Of a stretch of DNA of 64,000 nucleotides, positions 26,430 to 39,141 are shown in pieces. The translations under genes were made by a program, and so were the position numbers. This DNA is from Octopus sinensis. Lineage: Eukaryota. Position 1 is the stretch's first letter, and each line of letters opens with the position of its first letter. The notes under the pieces are model-generated. The model saw nothing but the letters and a program-made list of their open reading frames with translations. It did not search any database and had not been told where the DNA came from. The DNA is taken from positions 1,302,001-1,366,000 of the forward strand of contig NC_043010.1 of assembly GCF_006345805.1 (NCBI RefSeq), given 5' to 3'.

Positions 26430-26469
<40 letters not shown>

Positions 26470-26514
26470 TGATGATGATGAGATGATGATGAGGATGATA
26501 ATAATAATAATTAC

Positions 26515-26554
<40 letters not shown>

Positions 26555-27129
26555 TTAGTCCTTTTATTTCTTTGTTGTTGTTGTTGTTGCTGCTGTTGGT
26601 GATGATGATGTTGTTGTGCTTCTAGTTGGTTATCATTACAAAAATATTACAATATATACAGGAATATACAAGTGTTGTATATGTGTGTGTGTGCGTGTGT
26701 GTACACATATATATGTATGTATGAATTTATACATATATATATATACACACACACACACACGCACACACACACACACACAAATGTAACTATAAGTGGACTG
26801 TTGACGACTTTTTTCCTCCTTCTCCTTTTGGACTTTCCTGTGTCCCCTGTTTCCAAAGAAGAGCTTTATTTAAAACATAAAGCAGCCACTCTTTCTTTCC
26901 TACAAACTAATACTTTGCATTTACCACGTATTCATGTTGTTGTTTTTTTTCTTGTTGTCCTTTTTCTTAATTTTTTTATTAACTATGTATGTATGTGTGT
27001 GTGTGTGTGTACTCATATATATATATATATTCATATACATACATATATGCATACATTGTTGCCATTTCATATTTTAAATTTTGTGCGTGCACATAGTTTG
27101 TTTTTGGTTTTATCAACTACACAGTATAG

Positions 27130-28285
27130 TAGGGACAGTTGGGCACTGTCTGTGAAAAAACAGCTCCATGGTGCAATTCACTCTGCCAAAATTTGGAAAC
27201 AACATGTATGCACTGCTTAGCATTCACACCAGAAGCTCCAATACGAATATTTCAGAGTGTTTGGGTGTCAATCTGGGGATGCTGCAGAGGTTTCAGAAAC
27301 AGGTGGATGAGTCTAATGGTGATTTCAAAGGTAACGCAGCTCAGAAAACTCACTCTGATCATTCTGATAAGAAATGAGCTCCTGAATTTCTTAGTGAAAT
27401 CCAGGTCATGATTGACGATCCCTACAAATGGATCAGGTCCATTGCCAAGAAGGTGGGAATGTCTGAATTTCTTATCAGGCAGGTCGTGCATGAAGACATT
27501 TGGTATTCTTCATGCAAGATGAGAAAGGGGCCAGTCTTTATCCCAAGCCATCAAGGACAAGAGGAAAGACCATGCTACAAAGCTTTTGAACAAACTCAAG
27601 CTTCCTTTACAACTGAACATGCTTTGCCAGGATCAGATGGTGAACACACAGAACAACCGTTGGCTTGCCATGTCCCCAAAACATGTATCGAGGGTGATAA
27701 AAACCAAACATCCAGTCAACATCATGGTGTTTGGAGTGATCACTAGTGATTGTGATGTTATGCCTTCATTCATCTTCCCACACGGCCTCAGACTCAACAC
27801 AAGGCCTACATCAAGTGCTTGGTGGAGGTAGTGCTGCCCTGGGTCAAGAGGGTGGCTGCTGGAAGACCCTGTGTCTGGTAACAGGACTCCACACCATGCC
27901 TCACAAGCAGGAGAACCCAGTCATGGTTGTCAGACAATTTCTGCGACCACATCACTCTTAACAACTAACCACCTAATTCCTCAGGTCGCAACCACCTTGA
28001 TTTTTATGTGTGGGACTCAGTTGAACAGAAGACAAAAAAAAAACTCCTTGTAACACAAAGGAAGAACTGAAGGCAAGGATTAAGCAGCAGTCATCAATTT
28101 AAACAAGGAAACCATCCAGAAGAGTGGCAGGAGATTCCAAATTTGTCTGGAGGCTGTGCTTGAAGCCAATGATTTTATTCAATAAATTTACTCTTTAATA
28201 TTTCAAGATATTTTTACGTAAATTTGGTAAATATATCCATTAAAATGAGATGTCAGTGCAATTGTCCTCTTTGTGTAATTTAGAT
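27130..28285 (+). mobile_element. maT (DD37D) transposon, decayed
   Basis: TQNNRWL, KTKHPVNIMVFGVI, QDSTPC...PPNS...LDFYVW. The restored D-to-D spacing is 37. Confidence 0.82.
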
Positions 28286-28325
28286 GACACATATATATAC
28301 ATATTTATATACATATATACACATG

Positions 28326-28367
<42 letters not shown>

Positions 28368-28414
28368 CATACATACATATATATATATAGTGAGAATTTA
28401 CAAAAAAAAAAAAG

Positions 28415-28723
28415 ACGAAGACAACATGGTATTGCTTCCACACCCTCCCTATTTGCCAGATTTAACACCTGCAGACTTCCATCTCTTCCCAAAGAGGAAG
28501 ATGCTGCCCAAAAGTTTCTGTCTTAATACCATTGTTGAGATCAAGAGCAAATTGCAGAAAGTCCTTGACACACAGAAAATGACTTCTAGGTCAGATTACA
28601 AAAGTAGGAGAAATGCTGGCCCTGTGCGAGGTGGTTATTTCGAAGGAAATGAGGTTTTAAACTTTGGTAAATAAGCTGATTTTTTTTATTAAACATAACT
28701 TGTCCATGAATTTTTTGATACCA

Positions 28724-28728
<5 letters not shown>
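28415..28728 (+). mobile_element. mariner 3' fragment
   Basis: LPHPPYLPDLTPADFHLFPK...GGYFEG, followed by a TIR-like end. Confidence 0.8.
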
Positions 28729-28759
<31 letters not shown>

Positions 28760-29223
28760 TCATCATCGTCATCGTCGTCATCATCATTTAACGTTTGCTT
28801 TCCATATGCAGGCATATATATAAATAAATCATCATCATCAGCTGTACCAGCTTTAGCAGCAGCAGCAGCAGCAGTATCAGCATCAGCATCACTTAACTTT
28901 TGCCCTTCTTGCTGGGTTGGACAGTTTGACAGGATGCCTCTAACCAGAGGACAGAGTTGAGCTCAAATGTCTGCTTAGGAATAATTTCTAAGACCTGATG
29001 CTATTCCTTATGTCAGGAGCCTTTTCCATAAGACCAGCACCAGTGAGGTCCCTTTTTAGCTTGCAACACAGAGAAAGATAAAGAAGAAGGGAACCCCTTC
29101 AACTGAGTGAGGTTGCAGTGGAAAGAGGTGGGGTGAGGGGGCTTTATGCTAGGTATTGAGAGTCTAAAGCATGATAGAGGGACAAGTAGAGGAGTGTTCC
29201 TATAAAAGAGTTACATAGCTACC

Positions 29224-29637
29224 CAGCACTGGATTAACCATTAAATAAAATAAGAACATGTTTTGGGTATAAAGTGAAGGGGTAGGGGGCACCATCGAAA
29301 TGTAAATGATTTATGGCACAAAAAAAAAAAAAAGAAAAATCACCTTAAACCTGCTAAAATAATTGTGAAGCATTCATGGTGTCATAGTGAGGATCTGATA
29401 AAAGATCTTGCAATCAAAATGAGTAAGAGAAAACTTTTCAAATATAAACAAAGGGAAATATACAAACGGGAATATTATTTTCCATCTTTTTGTTAGTTTT
29501 GCTTCATTATGAAAATGAAAAGTTTATTTCATAGTTTATTATTGTTTATAATTGTTTATATTTTGAATTATATATATTTGGGGGTCACTAAATTCTTTTA
29601 AGTGCTTAGGGCCTCTATGGGTCTTAATCTGGCCCTG
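29224..29637. mobile_element. hAT-like MITE
   Basis: CAGCACTGGATTAA at the left end and TTAATCTGGCCCTG at the right end form an imperfect TIR. AT-rich interior. Confidence 0.5.
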
Positions 29638-30049
29638 ACCTTACGTAATGTACTCCTAGATACACTATGCCCAAATAATTTACAGCACAAAAGAAATCAT
29701 TTTAAAACACAAAAGAAATCACTTTAGATTTGTTAAAATAATATTCGAAGTGGTTTATATGATCAGAAATATAATTTCCAAGTGTCCATGGTGAAATAGC
29801 AAGGCTTTAATCAAAGACTTCGCAATTAAAAAAAGTAGGAAAAAACTTTTCAAATATAAATTAAGTGGAAATATTAAAAAACAAACATTATTTTCAACCT
29901 TATTGTTAGTTTTGTTTCACTTTGAAAATTAAAAAAATTATTTTATGGTTATTGTTGTTTATATTTTGAATTTCATATGTATATAGGAGCACCAAAATCT
30001 TTAAAGTGTTTAGGGCTTCTGTGGATACGTGACACTACTTAGGAATGGA

Positions 30050-30600
30050 CGGTAACAGCTGGGAAGAAGAAGACTAAGATGTTGTTGGTAGTGTCAGAGC
30101 ATAGTTTCAAGTAACGAGACGGTGAGTATAAGAAGAATATGGACAAAGGATTGGAGAGGTGTGGATAAATAGGTTCAGATTAGTGTGAGAAAAGAGTAAC
30201 AGGGGATTTGAGATTGAGTGGTCTCAAATTTTCTGTAGTGAATGATACACAAGGGTGATGTTGTTGAAGATAGATATCAGTATTAAGGAAGGAGGTAAAA
30301 TGAAATAGCTCAGGTGAGAAGAGACAGTACAAGGCAGGTGAAGGGCAGCAGTTTAATAAACGTGTAGCTACATAAGAAAATCGGCAAAACTCCCTTGACA
30401 GATCAGAGAATAGGAGGAGGAGGATGAGTGAACTGGGAGAGTAGAGGAAGAGAGAAAGATGTATAGGGACAGAGATGGAGGTATGAGCTAAGGAGTTGTG
30501 GCTACAGTGAGTGGGGGACAAAGGTGAATGGGAGGGTGGGGCTTTGAGATGGGGGCAGTATCTATCTGTAGCAGAAATCCACATTTAGTGATTCCACTAC
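30050..30600 (-). pseudogene. Decayed LINE AP-endonuclease-like region
   Basis: The ORF 30180-30584 and downstream frame resemble the APE layout of CR1/L2-type LINEs. Recognised by eye only. Confidence 0.35.
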
Positions 30601-31158
30601 AGCTACTAGACACTAAATTTCCATAACCAATAAATTTCTGTGCTTTTTAACTCTATACATTTCTAAGAGATGTTATCTTGAGTCGAATACTGCAGTTTCC
30701 AGGCTTTCTACATTATATGTTTTAAGTATGATATGCATAAAGCTATTTTGAAATAAAACTTGCTTTCATTGCTAAAAACGTATTTTTACCCTGCTTGCTG
30801 GCTAATTGCAACACAAGTGGTTCATTATTTACTGTTTTTCTTGATCAGTAGAGACTACAATTGTCATAGTACATGGCTGCTAACAGACACTTGCTCCTGA
30901 TGATGCTCAAAAATGCAGAAATAAGTAGTTAGCAATTTCACTATTGCTGCTAAGACATTATTTTGTCTGCTACTGATATGTTTCTGTGTTTTTTAACACT
31001 GTATGTCTATGAGGTACTTTCTTGAGACAAATACCAGAGTTTTCAGGCTTTCTGCAGTATATCTGCATTGTGTATGATACAGAGAACACTAAAACCGATT
31101 CTGTAATTAATAACGAAAACACACACATACACACACACGCACACATGCACACACACAT

Positions 31159-31191
<33 letters not shown>

Positions 31192-32104
31192 TACACATGT
31201 ACAAACATGTATACCATCATCATCATTATTTTATATATGTATGTATGTATATATGTATGTATGTGTGTGTGTATGCATGCATACATGTATGTATGTATAA
31301 GATCCAAAAGTTATCAGTAGGTGTGTAAATGGATATAGCTGATCATGATGGACATATTGAGAAACTAACAGAAATATCAGATAGGGTTTTGGTAAATTTC
31401 ATGGTTGGGTGAAAGGAGTTAATGAAGTAGATAAAATTGTTGAGCTGTTGCTTGACAAGGGTGATGGTGTTGACAAAATTGTCAATATTATACGTCCCGC
31501 ATTATGATGAGGTATTTCATCATCTGCTTGACTGGCCCTTATGGTGTATCTCACCAACTGATCCTGCTTCCTGTGTCTGTCCATTATTTATCAGTAGTGG
31601 AACAGCCTACTTCTCACTTGGGGTGTCTGCTGCAACACCTTCCCCTTTTGGGATTTTTGTCTTTTTCTTTCACCTAACATTATTTTCTTCAGAATGCTGC
31701 AGGTAGTACCAGTCTACATCGTTTGCTGTGACATGACAGAATTCCTACAAATGGATTTATATTATTTCTCACTGTGTTTAGTTCAGTTCTGTGTTAGAGT
31801 TCCAGTTTTATCAGACATTTTTTCTTCAACGGCTTTTTTCAATAGAATTTATATATTTTCCACTGTGGTATAGTATTTTTCACTGTGTAGTTCAGTTCCT
31901 TCTTCAACAGGATTTATTTTTCCCAACATGTGTGCGAATCCTCATTGCCACTGATATGTCCTGCATTATGACGATGTATTTCATTGTCTGTGTGACTGGA
32001 CCATACAGCCAAGTGACCCTGCTTGCTGTGTCTGTAGTGGAACAGCACACTTCTCACTGGGGGGTGTTTGCCACAATACAATAATGACCATATGGTGTTA
32101 ATTT

Positions 32105-32280
32105 AATGACCATACTGGAATGAGTCTGATAAATTGAGCAAATATTTGCTGCTCAGTTTGGCCTACAAAGAGGTTGGCATAATTAGGGCCCATCTTAGTT
32201 CCCATAGTGGTACCACTGCCTTTTTATAAAATTCCCTAGAGAAAGAAAATCAATTAAGAGTTAGGATGAGCTCTGCTCGG
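32105..32280 (-). pseudogene. Penelope-type reverse transcriptase fragment
   Basis: RAELILTLN*FSF...SGTTMGTKMGPNYANLFVGQTEQQIF, matching the PLE motif GTAMGTKM.P.YANLF.G. Confidence 0.8.
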
Positions 32281-32329
32281 TGGAAGAGTGCAGTAGTGGT
32301 GGATACATGTAGGGGGGGATGCTCTTTGA

Positions 32330-32480
32330 AATGTTGGTGGGCTCAGATCCTGTGGAGGTCAACTTCGTCTTTCATACTTTCAAAGTCTAAAAAGATTTTT
32401 CCAGTTGAACATTGGTGGAGCAGGGTCTTGATGTAATTGACTTCACTCTCCCTTTAAAAAGATTACTGGTCTTGTGTGAA
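32330..32480 (+). mobile_element. CORE-like SINE fragment
   Basis: GAGGTCAACTTCGTCTTTCAT...GATGTAATTGACTT, homologous to family B. Confidence 0.55.
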
Positions 32481-32512
32481 AATGTGAAACCATTCTTCTT
32501 CTTCTTCTTCTT

Positions 32513-32572
<60 letters not shown>

Positions 32573-32791
32573 ATTATTATTATTATCATTCCACTGATGT
32601 TAGATTTTGGTGCTAATTTCTGCTGGGTTCAATGCAGCAGTCATCCCTTCAACTAACATATATTTATTGAAACTCTGCCCCCACCCTCTCTCTCTCTGTC
32701 TCACACACACACACGTGTGTGTGTGTATATACATACATACATATATACATGTATACATACATATATGTACATACGTAAATACACACACACA

Positions 32792-32839
<48 letters not shown>

Positions 32840-32960
32840 TCATATATTTTGTGCTAACTACTCTTTCACATTCATTTATACCTCACCCGTTTGTTACCCG
32901 GTACACGTCTATATTTCAAAGACGGGTGATACGTGTTAGTACGTCTACCTGCGCACGCGC

Positions 32961-32998
<38 letters not shown>

Positions 32999-33869
32999 GG
33001 TGGAAATTTACTCTCCTGCCTCTGAGTACCCTTTGTATTAACACGTTTCAGTTTGTTTTAAAACTGAGAACGTGTATTCACCTCTCAATGTTAGGTTAAC
33101 GGACAATAAATTAATTTCATTTATTATTTCCATTGTTCGAATCCTAAATCTAATTATACCTGTACGAGTTATTTCCCTTACATTCTATCTTTTTTTTTCA
33201 AGTTTCCGGTAAGTAAAAGTTGAATTTTTTGGCCCCATGATTAGATCATCGCTTTAAACAGTAACAGCTCAGAAATAAATTCATTATAGTATTTAGTTCC
33301 CCACTCTATTAGTTATAGTTTCAAATCACATTGTGATCAATATCTTAATGGTGAGAGACATGACGAAATACCACAACGTATTTTTGGGTGATGTAATATT
33401 ACCGATTCTACAAGCTACCTTTCCACTCTACCTGCCATTATTGGCTTCCACGTAAATGCCGGCACCCAAAAGGTTTCAAGTCGATTCTAGGATATAGCAG
33501 ATCATAATTACGAACAGTGTAACACGCTGTGGGATCGAACCTGAAATTTCGAGGTTGCCCATAGAATTTCTTAACTACACAGATATAATTTTTATCAGTC
33601 TGGTTATACGTTCAAACTCTGGTGTGGTCATTTTCACCTTTAATCCGGTCGACTCCAGAAGCCTCGGGTGAGGCTTTTATGTTGGGGGCACTTTTGAGGC
33701 TACTGCATAAGCGTGTATAGGTTTGGGGCCCCGGGCTGGTTTGGTTGCATGGCACACACTCTAGCGGCGTGACTGGTTCTCTTCGAGAGTCAATTCATTT
33801 ACTCCACTAAACTCGCAGAACAGACATCCAAGATGACATCGTGAGAAAGTGCCTCTTCATTGATTGGTA

Positions 33870-34210
33870 TGATGTCACTCATAAACATATTCCAACCCCT
33901 GGATCGCAGATTTGCTGTCTGTCTTCTTTCGGTTCTCTCGCTGCCTCTCACTTTATTCTTTTTACTGCCGGGGTTTCACCTCTTTGGAGCTGGCTGGTAT
34001 CAGGTCACACCCAGTCTGGTACTCCCGTTGTACTCACGTCTCTTCTTCACATAACGCTCATGTTGTGTTCACCACCACCACCACCACCACCACCTCACAC
34101 TCCACGCTGACAACCTCCACCTACACCTTCCCTTCCACTCTGCAGATTCTCCGTCTCATGGAACCTTCTGCATGCACGTGACCTTACCAAATCTTGAGAA
34201 AGTTGGTTTC
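33870..34210 (+). repeat. Interspersed repeat; inverted partner at 40875-41175
   Basis: Shared CTCTTTGGAGCTGGCTGGTATCAGGTCAC...(CCA)n...CTCCACGCTG segment. Confidence 0.75.
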
Positions 34211-34626
34211 TCAAAACCAGAAAGGAGAAAGCTGATTCGAAGACTATAGATCCAATCCATCACTGGAACTGTAAAAATCTGTAAAACTCTCTAGAAGTTT
34301 CTCATTTAAAAGTGTATAAGCCTTCTAGATATGCAAGAATATGGATGAGAAGACGTACATAAAACAAAACACACAAATCTAAGACATATCTATCCATCCA
34401 TTCGAGCAGTAGGATATATACCAACCCGTCTGGGGCAAAATATGGCTGAACATGGAATCTTGGGGAGAGAATGGAAATCCTTAATTCCTGCACTACAAAT
34501 GATCACGATATCAGAGCCTATAAAGATCTTCTAAAACTTCTTAAGATTTAAGGGTTGACGATGAAATCAAGATACTTTCCTACACAACCTTGCTATCAAG
34601 TAGGTGGCCGGTCAAAAGTTATTCTA

Positions 34627-35103
34627 AACTAGCAGTATATCCCGGCGTTGCTCGGGTTTGTTTTTTAGTTGCGCTTAAAACAGCAGACTTTGATGTCGCG
34701 TTAACGAAGTTTTGTTCGCTCAAAACCAACGACATAACAAAAAACTTCTTTTCGACCCTTTAGAATTGGAATTTTTGAAAAGTAAAAATTTTGCATTATG
34801 TAGCTTGTTATTCTCTTTAAGTGAACATTTTTCTGGTTGAAATACACCAAAAAATGGCGACACAGCAGTCAAAAAATCGTAAAAAACAGGGATTTCCATA
34901 GAAAAAAGCACCTTTTTGATGTAAATAATTTTTGGCCTTAACTTGGTCTGATTTGAATTTTTCTTCTACGGAATGAAGAGCAATTCTTCTTCTATCATAT
35001 TTTGGTCAACTTGCGCCGCATGGTCTCGGAGGAGATAGTGTTAGTTGAAGGCTATCAAACCTGTCGCACACACACAGACAACTTCAGCTTTATATATATA
35101 GAT
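34627..35103 (+). mobile_element. Non-autonomous Helentron/HINE-like element
   Basis: Starts AACTAGC with the sub-terminal hairpin CCCG-GCGTTGCT-CGGG and ends ACAGACAACTTCAGCTTTATATATATAGA. Confidence 0.6.
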
Positions 35104-35295
35104 TAAAAAGCGAAAGAGCATACATACATACATACATACATACAAACAAATATACCCTGTTGTTGATGCTGAAATTCCAATGAAGGAGCCTTGGATCCAG
35201 GTTAGAAACCGGTTCTTTCTCTATTGGCAAGAAATTTTGAAATAAACCGAACAACGACATATGTGTATTCATATGTATGTATATATAATGTGCTG

Positions 35296-35880
35296 TGGGT
35301 GATTGTGTCTTTGCGTCTGTTTGTCCCACCACGACCACCACCACCGCTTGATAAACGGTATTGTCTTGCTTACGTCCTCGCAAAAAAGTGGTTCGGCAAA
35401 AGAGATCGATAGCGTAAGCATTAAACATTTAAAAAGTCAGTATTATAGTGGTCGATCTATTTGATTGAAATCTTTCGAGGTGATGCTGTCCAATGATTGA
35501 AACAAGTAAAATGAATAAATAAATAAATAAATAAAAGTAAAGAGAAGCCACATTCCTCGCCTGAAAGTTATTGGACCATCTCCCAAAATTTACTGAAGCT
35601 TGTATTAGTTATCTCCCCTACAACTAATACTCTTTTGTTATCTACGATAGTTTATTAAAAACTACCTTTTACCATTTATTTGTTCCTCTCATTAGAGTGT
35701 GGTTCTGCTAGGGAACCGTCTTGAATAATTAATCGACCTCAGTGCTAATCTTTTGTTAAGTCTGGTACTTATTCTATCGGTCTTTCTTGCCGAACCGTTA
35801 AGTTATGGGGACGTAAAAATACAAACACCGGTTGTCAAATGGTGCTGGGAAGACAAACACACACGCAAAGACATGAACGC
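35296..35880. mobile_element. Two SINE A 3' halves in opposite orientation (35296-35510 +, 35700-35880 -)
   Basis: Homology to full-length family A copies. Confidence 0.7.
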
Positions 35881-36098
35881 ACACACACACACACACACAT
35901 GTGCTGAAATAGTTAAGGAGGTGTTTGAAGTTGAAAAGGTTACAGTGATGCGTTGACCAGTTCAGAAAAGCCTGAGCTTAATCCCATTGAAAACTTACGG
36001 AAGACACTTGGCGATAAGATCAGAGAGCATTGATTTATGAATGTTACGATTTTGCGGGAAAAACTTCTGGAAGGAGGATATGAAATTATGTCAGAACA

Positions 36099-36102
36099 TA
36101 TG

Positions 36103-36136
<34 letters not shown>

Positions 36137-36142
36137 TGTATG

Positions 36143-36176
<34 letters not shown>

Positions 36177-36194
36177 TGTATGTATGTATGTATG

Positions 36195-36228
<34 letters not shown>

Positions 36229-36359
36229 TGCATGTATGTATATATGTATGTATGTATGTATGTAGTATGTATGTAGTATGTATGTATGCATGTATGCATG
36301 TATGTATATATGTATGTATGTAGTAGTATGTATGTATGTATGCATGTATGCATGGTAGT

Positions 36360-36393
<34 letters not shown>

Positions 36394-36592
36394 TGTATGT
36401 ATGTATGTATGGTGTATGTATGTATGTATGTAGTATGCATGTTGCACGTATGTAATATGTATGTATGTATGTATGTATGTATGCATGTATGTATAATGTA
36501 TGTATGTATGTATGTAAGTATGATGTAATTGTATGTATGTATGGATGTGTGTCTGTATGTATGTATTGTATGTATGCATGTATGCACGTATG

Positions 36593-36626
<34 letters not shown>

Positions 36627-36978
36627 TGCATGTATGTATATATGTATGTATGTATGTATGTATATGTATGTTATGTATGTAGGATGTATGCATGTATGCA
36701 CGGTGTGTATATATGTATGTATGTATGTATGATGCATGTATGTAGAATGTCTGTATGTATTGTATGTATATGTATGTAGGTATGCATGTATGCATGTATG
36801 GAATATGTATGTCGGTATGTATGTATGTTGTATGCATGTATTCATGTAGTAGTATGTATGTATGTATGTATGTATGTATGTATGTATGCTGAATGTATGT
36901 ATGTATTATGTATGTATGTATGTATGCATGTATGCACGTATGTATATATGTATGTATGTATGTATGTATGCATGTATG

Positions 36979-37012
<34 letters not shown>

Positions 37013-37082
37013 TGCATGTATGTATATATGTATGTATGTATGGATGTATGTATGTATGTATATATGTATGTATGTATTGAGG

Positions 37083-37116
<34 letters not shown>

Positions 37117-37158
37117 TGTATGTATGTATGTATGTATGTATGCATGTATGCACGTATG

Positions 37159-37190
<32 letters not shown>

Positions 37191-37410
37191 CATGTATGTA
37201 TGTATGTATGTATGTATGTATGTATGTATGCATGTATGCATGTATGTATGTATGTTTGTATGTATGTATGTATGTATGTATGTATGTATGCATGTATGCA
37301 TGTATGTATGTATGTTTGTATGTATGTATGCATGTATGCATGTATGTATGTATGTATGTATGTATGTATGTGTGTGTGTATGTATGTATGTATGTATGTG
37401 TGTATGTATG
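36099..37410. repeat. ~1.3-kb (TATG)n microsatellite
   Basis: Directly visible. Confidence 0.95.
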
Positions 37411-37600
37411 TGTTTGTGTGTCTGTGTTTGTCTCCCAACATCGCTTGACAACCGAGGCTGGTGTGCTTACGTCCCCGTAACTTAGCGGTTCGTCGAAAGA
37501 GACCGATAGAATAAGTACTAGGCTTACAAAAAATTAGTCCTGGGTGGAATTTCTACACTAAATTCAAACGACTGAAACTAGTAAAAGTGTAAAAGTATAT
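37410..37600 (+). mobile_element. SINE A 3' half
   Basis: CAACATCGCTTGACAACCG...GATAGAATAAGTACTAGG. Confidence 0.8.
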
Positions 37601-37994
37601 TGGTGTGGAATGTAAAAATTCCTGGCCAAATTTCGATGTCATAAGTTCTCTAATTTTGAGCATCTTGTATTTTTCAAATAAGCATTTTGTGTTTTGTATT
37701 ATAAATTATAAAGTTATTGATCACTTCCTACAATTCATTGTAAATAATGAACGTACTTTAAAGTACATGCAGTTACATTCGAAAAAATGAAGTAGAAATG
37801 TAAATAACTTAATTTATTTTCGTACACTAATTTTGGCCACTACTGTATATAATCTCTGTTTGTCTGTCTGTCCGTCTCTCTCTCTCTCCCTCTCTCTCTG
37901 TCTATATATATATATATATAAATGTATATATATGCATATATGTATGTATGTATGCATGTGTATATATATATATATATATATTTACGAGCGTATA

Positions 37995-38119
37995 TATATA
38001 CGAGCAAAACGCCCCCCCCCCCGTCCAATGGACGGTGTTGAGTTGTCAAACATTTAAACCAAATTTTCTCAAAGCAACTTGTCCGACCGTCCCATAGGCC
38101 TCCCCTTTGAGAAACACTG
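37995..38119 (+). mobile_element. hAT/Charlie-like 3' terminal fragment
   Basis: Ends TTTGAGAAACACTG, like the terminus at 48291-48303. Confidence 0.45.
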
Positions 38120-38249
38120 GTTTAACCTAAATTTGAGACACCAGCAAAAAAAAAAAAAAATAAATAAATAAAAGGAAGAAAGATAGACTTTTTTCTATTC
38201 CAAAGTAAAACGATTTTATTCACACAAATATGCAACCGAAGAGTTTAAA

Positions 38250-38480
38250 GTACCAGTAAGTACATCGCAACAGCTGATGTACTTGCGCGTACAAATGCAT
38301 GTTCCCACGGCTTTATCGATCGCATTCTCAGCTGGAATCGATTTTTGTAATGTTTTCAAGACTTATACACGCCCTGATACCGTCGGTATCTACATATCAA
38401 ATTTGAGCGCAATCAGATGGAGGATGTCTGGGATCCTAGAAGACACACACAGACAGAACGGATTTTATATAATAGATATA
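38250..38480 (+). mobile_element. HINE-like 3' fragment
   Basis: Ends ACACACAGACAGAACGGATTTTATATAATAGAT. Confidence 0.45.
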
Positions 38481-38509
38481 TACATATAATAGATATATAC
38501 ATATACACA

Positions 38510-38655
38510 CACAATGGACTTCTTTCAGTTTCCGCCTACCAAATCCACTCACAAGGCTTTGGTCAGCCCGAGGGTGTAGGTGCCATGCAGTAGGACTGAA
38601 ACCGTAACTATGTGGTTGGGAAGCAAACTTCTTACCACACAGCCACCCCTGCACC
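38510..38655 (-). mobile_element. SINE A 5' half
   Basis: Homology to family A. Confidence 0.75.
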
Positions 38656-38881
38656 TATATTATCTAACAATAATCATTTTGTATCTCGCGGGGTGGGACG
38701 TTATGTCGGTAATAAGCATCCCCGCTGGTTTTATTTCATGTCTTTTATTATTAGTCAATTAATTAGCCATTCAATCAAGTATTTGATTAATTAATCGGTC
38801 ATTCAATATCTCAGCCACGTTTGTCAAAGTCCTTTCGTGACAATAAGCGAAAAATATCCAGTAAAAAGTAGTTTAGAAAAA

Positions 38882-39095
38882 CGGTGGTGAGCTGATAGAA
38901 TCGTTTGCAAGTCGGACAAAAACCTTGGAGGCATTTCTTCAGGTTTTTCACGTTCTGAGTTCGAATTCCACCGAGGCTAACTTTGCTTTTCGTCCTTTCC
39001 AAGTCGATAAAACAAAATACCAGTCAAGTATTGGAGTCGATGTAATCGACTTGTCCACCTCCATTCAAAAATTGTTGGCTTCAAATCTTGCAATG
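38882..39095 (+). mobile_element. CORE-like SINE (family B)
   Basis: GTTCGAATTCC B box followed by the CORE-like block. Confidence 0.7.
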
Positions 39096-39141
39096 AACCG
39101 ATTCCCTTCCAAGTGGAATGTTTTGATCCTGGATCTCTGTA

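Larger units (their letters stand above)
35890..37847 (+). mobile_element. Tc1 (DD34E) 3' fragment split by (TATG)n and a SINE
   Basis: SPELNPIENL at about 35970-36000, and the TIR-like end TTTTGGCCACTACTG followed by TA at 37831-37847. Confidence 0.55.

Noticed and set aside
35940-37485. Long ORFs of up to 416 aa (HTYI/MYVC repeats), and similar ORFs throughout the window
   Set aside because: They are translations of (TATG)n, (TA)n, (TG)n, (GAA)n or CT tracts, which lack stop codons in some frames.
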